A stretch of 64,000 nucleotides of DNA from Candidatus Latescibacterota bacterium (GTDB lineage: Bacteria; Latescibacterota; UBA2968; GCA-2709665): assembly GCA_965237675.1 (NCBI GenBank), contig OZ250150.1, positions 3,648,001-3,712,000 on the forward strand. Direction: 5' to 3'. Made by a program: the position numbers and the translations under genes. Numbering within the stretch: position 1 is the stretch's first letter; each line of letters opens with the position of its first letter. Below the pieces are notes generated by a model. It did no database searches. It was not told the origin of the DNA and saw only the letters and a list, made by a program, of their open reading frames with translations. Of the stretch, positions 59,201 through 64,000 are shown piece after piece.

Positions 59201-59517
59201 AGCGGGCATGCCAGGTCAGGCTGCGCCCGATTCTGATGACCACGTCAACCACGGTGTTGGGGTTATTGCCCATGGCTCTGGGGATCTTCGATTTCAGGCC
59301 CTTTGTCGGGAGCGTGGAATCCGGCCTTGCAAATGTGTTGCCGGGTGGCGCCTTACAGTACGTAATGGGGGCGATGAACGTCGTTTTTCCGGTGGGGCAG
59401 GGTGCGGAAATCCGTGCGCCGATGGCCATAACCGTTATCGGCGGCCTCGTGATTTCCACACTGGTGACACTGGTACTGATCCCGACGCTATATTCCCTGG
59501 TTGATCGGAGAGAATAG
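56245..59517 (+). CDS. RND efflux permease (AcrB/AcrD/AcrF family)
   Basis: GMLVDNSIVVLE, STLTT..VF.P, GIVVNNAI.LID, RLRPILMT. Confidence 0.95.
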   Translation: MKLIAFSTRRRVTVTMFVVAAVIFGLVAFRRLSINLLPDITYPTLTVRTDYEGTAPSEMERLVTEPVEGAVGVVTNVIRVSSTSRPGVSEVVVEFSWGTDMDFASLDLREKLDRLQLPQGAEKPVLLRFDPSLDPIMRIGLYGQESLVALRLLAEEQIKLDLESLEGVAAARVNGGLEEEIHIELDEPRLASLRIPVQQITRRLGQENVNLTGGQLKDGEAEYVVRTVNEFRSVQEIRDIVVGERRDAAITLSDVGRVFRGHKERTVINRINGRESVELAVYKEGDANTVTVADRVTEALRGFQKEAGALGGNAQIDVVFSQATFIRASVSEVLNTAIMGGVLAVVVLYLFLGNPRSTAIISLSIPISVVSTFLLMFSSDVSLNIMSLGGLALGIGMLVDNSIVVLESVQRYRDEGLSSLEATVTGASEVGRAVVASTLTTICVFVPIVFVEGIAGQLFRDQALTVTFSLAASLLVALTLIPMLASLEFGRRDDAAGVQRRRWNLPSGSTAGLARGIRFFLRAGRALGRGAVALLYPVIWLFDQIMDRTYRFYPRVIGWALGHRAAVLLFALALAGASWLLVGFLGSELIPEMSQGEFSVSVKMPVGTPLVATERTIRGMERIIQAQPEVELVYSTVGSSGASDGSAGEERENIGQIQVALKEGIIRAREDAVMDRLRQAFRGMPAAECKFARPSFFTSKTPIEVEISGYNLNTLRTLSDELARRLEDVSGLVDVKTSAEGGNPEVQIRFNRKWVAQMGTTINAIGTLIRNKIQGEVATEFAQGDRKVDIRVRADEQHRATVEDLKRLIVSPADASAPIPLAVVADLTVEMGPAEILRADQERVAVVSANLEGRSLSEVVDDIEAVIRDMDYPPDYHVKIGGQNEERKRSFESMQLAILLAVFLVYLVMASQFESLIHPFVIMFSIPFGLVGVVWMLLATGQTVSVVVLIGLIMLAGIVVNNAIVLIDYINALRRDRGMAKREAIERACQVRLRPILMTTSTTVLGLLPMALGIFDFRPFVGSVESGLANVLPGGALQYVMGAMNVVFPVGQGAEIRAPMAITVIGGLVISTLVTLVLIPTLYSLVDRRE

Positions 59518-59547
59518 AAGCAGGATCATGAATCTGCAGGAGAGGTT

Positions 59548-60318
59548 ATGGAACAGGGTCCGAAGACGGGTCCACAGGATGAAACTTACCAGGAACGCAT
59601 TCAGTCCAGTACGTTGTCGGAACTGGAGGATATGTACGCACATGTGGACCACGGCGAGTATCCGCAACGGGCGGAAGGTCTACGGACCGAAATCCGCAAT
59701 CGGCTGACCGATTTGGAACGTTGTCGCAAACAGCATACCCCTCAAGACGCTGCATGGGCGGGCCTGATTCGGCGTCTCTGGGCAAGCCTGATCGATCTCT
59801 TCATTCACCTTCTGGTTCTAGGCACGTTGTTTCTGGCGGGACGGTTCTTGATTCTGCTCGTAACGAGTTTCGGAAACGACGCGCCGCCGACTGCGGCCGC
59901 GTCCCCCCGCCGCGGTCCGTCGCCGCTGCAGGAATTCGGCGCCGGTCTGCTGGCTGGAGATCCGGTGGCCTGGAAGGACACGGAACAGTGGTTGCGCGTG
60001 GGTTTGGTTACGCTGTGTTTCTTGTGTTACAAGGCGTTGCTGATTGTTCCGGCCTGGAGGCATACCGGGAGTACGCCCGGCATGCGGGAGGCGGGCATCC
60101 GGCTCACACGACGGACAGGTGGACCCATCGGCGCAAAGCGGGCGCTGGTCCGATTCTGGGGACAGTACCTGCTATTCGGACTGACACTGGGCATCAGTGT
60201 GCTTTGGATGATCTGGGACAAGCGGAGACAGACGCTTCACGACAAATTGGCGGACACGTACGTCGTTCGGGAACACCGCACCTGGGAAAAGCCGTTTGAG
60301 ACCCGGGTCTACGATTAG
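59548..60318 (+). CDS. RDD family membrane protein
   Basis: RRLWA.LID, G.TPGM..GIR, RQTLHDKLADT.V. Confidence 0.88.
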   Translation: MEQGPKTGPQDETYQERIQSSTLSELEDMYAHVDHGEYPQRAEGLRTEIRNRLTDLERCRKQHTPQDAAWAGLIRRLWASLIDLFIHLLVLGTLFLAGRFLILLVTSFGNDAPPTAAASPRRGPSPLQEFGAGLLAGDPVAWKDTEQWLRVGLVTLCFLCYKALLIVPAWRHTGSTPGMREAGIRLTRRTGGPIGAKRALVRFWGQYLLFGLTLGISVLWMIWDKRRQTLHDKLADTYVVREHRTWEKPFETRVYD

Positions 60319-60614
60319 AGGGCTTTGATCGGACGTTTTACGGTTGCCTTTTACCACGTGTTTTGTTATACTGTTCTATCTTTTCCTCCAAGGTCAACGC
60401 CCTGCTGCCGCACGTACCTCCCGCCATGAAGTCAATACCCGGCCCATTTAAATCGCATGCTTTATTTTTCGACCGCCCCGGGATGCGTCGCCCATCTCGA
60501 CAAAGCGCCAGCGTCTGAGTAGAATCCACGAAACTTTTGCGTCAATCATGCTGTCTAAACGTACTGACGGTCCCACGGAAGTGAGAAAGGTTTCCGATTT
60601 GCAGGAGTCTGGTT

Positions 60615-61052
60615 ATGCGTAAGCGGGTCCCGCAGGCGATTTGCTGCTTGCTTGTATTTGTGGTCGGAATGACGGCTGAACCTGTTCAGGCGAAGTCTTT
60701 TTTTACGTCGCGCCGGACATTTGGCGTGCTATTTCTGGGCGGAAGCGCTGTCTTGGCCAAAAAGGCCGTTGATTTCCGCCGGGACGCCAATAGGACCTAT
60801 GACGCCTATAAAATAGCCCGCACATCGGAAGAGGCGCAGCGGTTGTTCGACAGGACGGGCGACTACGATACCAAGAGCAAAATGAGTGTCGGCCTGTCTG
60901 TCGTTCTGCTCGCAAGTGGGTTGCGCCTGATACTCTCAAGTGGTGTGGACGACGACGTTTCCAAGATCCATCGGACGAGGAAGTTCAATCTGGATATGAC
61001 AAACGACGTCAACACAAAAACGGTCAAAGTAACCGTCAAGAGGCGCTTTTAG
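60615..61052 (+). CDS. hypothetical exported/membrane protein
   Basis: Signal peptide, two hydrophobic helices flanking A..YD.Y..A motif, terminal F. Confidence 0.65.
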   Translation: MRKRVPQAICCLLVFVVGMTAEPVQAKSFFTSRRTFGVLFLGGSAVLAKKAVDFRRDANRTYDAYKIARTSEEAQRLFDRTGDYDTKSKMSVGLSVVLLASGLRLILSSGVDDDVSKIHRTRKFNLDMTNDVNTKTVKVTVKRRF

Positions 61053-61122
61053 TCGTACAGAGTGGGGCCGTCAACCGGCGGCCCGCAAATATCCGTAGCT
61101 CGTGTGCATGAAGGAGAGGTTT

Positions 61123-63399
61123 ATGGCGCGCTGGAAAATTAGCCCCCTCCGACTGGGGGTGTGGGGCATGCTGGCCATGGTCCTGGTCGGCGTGGGTCGT
61201 TGCGGTCGGGAGAGGGAGAATCCCATCGATCCCAATTTTCCCGGCGGTGGGGCGTTGAACTCGCCCGGTAACGTCCGGGCGCAGGGAGACATCGGTCGGA
61301 TTCTGCTAACCTGGGATGCCGTGAAAATCAGCGATCTGGCGGGGTACGGCGTGTGGCGCGCCGCATCGGCCACGGGCGAATATGCCCGGCTGCGCGGCGA
61401 GTCGAACGTCGCGAATGTAACGACCGGACGTACGGTCTTTGTCGACTCCACGATGGACGTTTCGGCGTCAAAGGTTTATTTCTACAGGGTCAACACGGTG
61501 GATGTCAACGGACAATCCAGCGAGAGGTCCGCCTTTGTGAGCGCTGAGATACGCGAAGACAAAAGGCCGCCGGGGTCGCCTTCGAATCTTTCCGCCGTAA
61601 GAGACGAGAATACCGGGCACGTGGCGCTTGTCTGGAATGCGCCCAAAGTGGATGAGGGCAACGAGGATCTGACCGGTCTGGACGGATACCGGGTCTTCCG
61701 GGCGAAAGACTCCGAAGACGCTTATGTTCAGATTGCAACGGTTCCCGCGGGACAGACCGCGTTTACGGATTCGACGCGTCTGGAGGCCGACGTCCGATAT
61801 TTCTACCAGATTTCCGCGATCGACAGGTACGACAACGAAAGCGCGCGTTCCCGCTCCGCGTCGGTCAACACGGCGGTAACAGGAATTGCCGCGCCGGGTG
61901 GGCTGCGTACCGTAAGCAAGGTCGGCAAGATCGAGTTGCATTGGAACGCCTCGAACGAAGACAATCTTCTGGGCTATCTCGTGTTGCGGTCCACGTCTAC
62001 CCAGGCGCCGTTCGAGCCGGTATCCTCGAATATTCCGTTTACAACAGCCCAGACCGTTTATGTCGATACGGATGTGAAGGTCGATGTGGTTTATTTCTAC
62101 CGTGTCCACGCGGTTGTGCAGGATCCCGACCGTGGTGTTGTACTTGGCGAGGCGTCACCTTTTGTCGATGGGCAGGCCGAAGTGGATGAGGCACCTCCGT
62201 CCGCGCCTACGGACATAAGCGTCAGTCTGGATGACGACGATGCTGGCGTTGTCTTGCTGAGTTGGGCGCCACCGACGACGGATAACGGTGGCGGAGACTT
62301 GACGGGGCTTTCCTATTACCGGATCTTCCGATCTAAACAGACCACCAGTTCTTTTGTGGAAATGGCACAGGTTCCAGGAACGCAGACCACGTTCCGGGAT
62401 ACCACGGTGGAGCCGCTTACGATGTATTATTACACCCTGAACGCGGTTGACTTCGCGAAAAACGGCGGGCCCCGGTCCGCGCCGTTATCCGTCAGCACGC
62501 CTGGTCTTGCCACGCCTACCCAGGTTACGGCCATTCCCGGAAAGGGCAAAATTACACTTGTCTGGGCGCCGAATTCGGAGCCGCAACTGAGCAGTTACGA
62601 AGTGATGCGCTACGGCGACCCACGGCAGCCAGAGGCTCTCGCTACGTTCAATACCGTGTGGCCAACCTATGTAGATTCGCCTCTGGTTGGGGGCCAGGTC
62701 TATGCATATCGCGTGCGCGCGTTGGGCTCCGGCGGGCTCAAGAGCGAGTTGTCAGATTTCGTTCTGGCTACCGTGTCCGACGACGACCTGGCGCCTGCCC
62801 CGCCAGATTTCCTTTATGCGAAATTATCGGGCAATACGTCTATTCAGCTGACATGGCGGGCTTCCACGACGGATGAGGACGGCTCGGAACAGACCGGCCT
62901 GCACCAGTACAGGATCTACCGGTCGGAGGAATCAGCATCGGCCGGGTTTGAGTGGATCGCGACGGTTGACTCGACCACTCTGACTTATCTTGACTCCGAT
63001 CTGGAGACGTCGACAACCTACATTTATCAGGTGCGCGCGATCGACGCCAGTGGAAACGAAGGCGAGGCTTCCAGGTCAGTGTCGTTGCAGACGGGTCCGG
63101 ACAGCAGGATTGCCAGACCGACCAATGTCGCCGCGGTCGTGCGTGAGCTTCCTGGGGAAGGAACAGTCGTGGTCGTCACGTGGACGGCGCCCAGGGGCAT
63201 TACGCGCTTCCGAGTGAATCGCCAGCGGGTGAGCACGTCTTCGAGCGACCGTTTCGAGACCGTCTCGTACAAGCTGAGAGACACCAAGTATATCGACACC
63301 AACGTCGATTCGGGCAACACCTATATCTATCGCGTTGTTGCCGTGAAAGGACTCGATATCAGCCATCAGTCCGATCCTGTGGTTGTGTCGGTTCCGTAG
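61123..63399 (+). CDS. fibronectin type III repeat lipoprotein (7 domains)
   Basis: Signal with Cys followed by RENPIDP; seven P..L...W...GY.V.R...D...Y.Y.V.A units. Confidence 0.85.
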   Translation: MARWKISPLRLGVWGMLAMVLVGVGRCGRERENPIDPNFPGGGALNSPGNVRAQGDIGRILLTWDAVKISDLAGYGVWRAASATGEYARLRGESNVANVTTGRTVFVDSTMDVSASKVYFYRVNTVDVNGQSSERSAFVSAEIREDKRPPGSPSNLSAVRDENTGHVALVWNAPKVDEGNEDLTGLDGYRVFRAKDSEDAYVQIATVPAGQTAFTDSTRLEADVRYFYQISAIDRYDNESARSRSASVNTAVTGIAAPGGLRTVSKVGKIELHWNASNEDNLLGYLVLRSTSTQAPFEPVSSNIPFTTAQTVYVDTDVKVDVVYFYRVHAVVQDPDRGVVLGEASPFVDGQAEVDEAPPSAPTDISVSLDDDDAGVVLLSWAPPTTDNGGGDLTGLSYYRIFRSKQTTSSFVEMAQVPGTQTTFRDTTVEPLTMYYYTLNAVDFAKNGGPRSAPLSVSTPGLATPTQVTAIPGKGKITLVWAPNSEPQLSSYEVMRYGDPRQPEALATFNTVWPTYVDSPLVGGQVYAYRVRALGSGGLKSELSDFVLATVSDDDLAPAPPDFLYAKLSGNTSIQLTWRASTTDEDGSEQTGLHQYRIYRSEESASAGFEWIATVDSTTLTYLDSDLETSTTYIYQVRAIDASGNEGEASRSVSLQTGPDSRIARPTNVAAVVRELPGEGTVVVVTWTAPRGITRFRVNRQRVSTSSSDRFETVSYKLRDTKYIDTNVDSGNTYIYRVVAVKGLDISHQSDPVVVSVP

Positions 63400-63876
63400 T
63401 CTTCTCAGTCAAAAATGTGGTTGGCTAACGGCAGAGCGTTGTCCCATACAGCGCTCTGCTGTTTTCGTGAGTGGTCCGGTGGCGGGAGAGACGGGTCAGT
63501 GGGGAAGCCGGGGTTTCACCGTTCCGTCCGCCTCGACGGATTCAACCAGCCGAACCCGAACCCGTCCGAGGGGCAGGAACGATACGGCTTCCGTTGTGAT
63601 CGGTCCGCTCTTCTGATATTTCACGGTCTCGTGTCGCATTCGAGGCATTCGTCTCCATGCCATGCGGAACACGTCAGTCCGGAGGTCTTCTGTCCGGTGT
63701 AATCCGACAGACGTTTATGTGCGAAGACATAGGGAAATCCTGACGTTTGTATTGTAATTTCTGTAAAAACACGACTTGCGGTATTTTCTCCAAAACAAGT
63801 GCCTCGCCGGTACGCGGTCTGCATTGCCACTTGGGGTTCATCTGTGGTGTCCAGGTCAACAAACGGAGGTCCGTCT

Positions 63877-64000
63877 ATGCAGTGCGTGCTTCTGGTGGAT
63901 GGCGACGTACAATTCCGCAAGGAAATGAAAGACCGGTTGGAAAGGCGGGGCGTGAGCGTTACGTGCGCGGGAACCGCGCGGGAAGGCTTGAGGATGTACA
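63877..64000 (+). CDS. response-regulator receiver domain, truncated at the window edge
   Basis: SD GGAGG; MQCVLLVDGD..FR....LERRG.SV..A....EGL. Confidence 0.6.
   Translation, partial: MQCVLLVDGDVQFRKEMKDRLERRGVSVTCAGTAREGLRMY

Noticed and set aside
1-64000. CRISPR array, prophage, integrase, full-length transposase
   Set aside because: No regularly spaced direct repeats or diagnostic protein motifs seen

Overview
GC-rich bacterial chromosomal segment with about 50 CDS and two tRNAs (Glu-CTC, Arg-ACG). Core genes: nadB, guaA, glnA, hrcA-grpE-dnaJ, a short atypical metG, an orphan mraY, TonB-ExbBD and an RND pair. These are interleaved with many catabolic genes: M20/M24 peptidases, GGT, enolase-family, PhyH-HEAT fusion, GH5, two heparinase II/III-like proteins, CocE, beta-helix, nitrilase, Gfo/Idh/MocA, a PL11-like propeller and a dpp/opp-type ABC operon. 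The gene content and a DFDG..VDF.DFL.F..AFG dockerin-like module suggest a Latescibacterota/Gemmatimonadota-like organism (inference only). I saw no CRISPR array, prophage, integrase or transposase. The most notable signal is a complete small transcription unit upstream of metG (sigma70 promoter, SD, 52-aa ORF with an M-Y-M-M cluster, candidate antiterminator, intrinsic terminator) that fits a methionine-sensing leader-peptide attenuator. Also seen: a two-copy ~120-nt structured repeat, several MITE/REP elements, a TA-like gene pair and a GH5 with an inserted dockerin-like module. All family calls come from motif recognition by eye; no searches were run.
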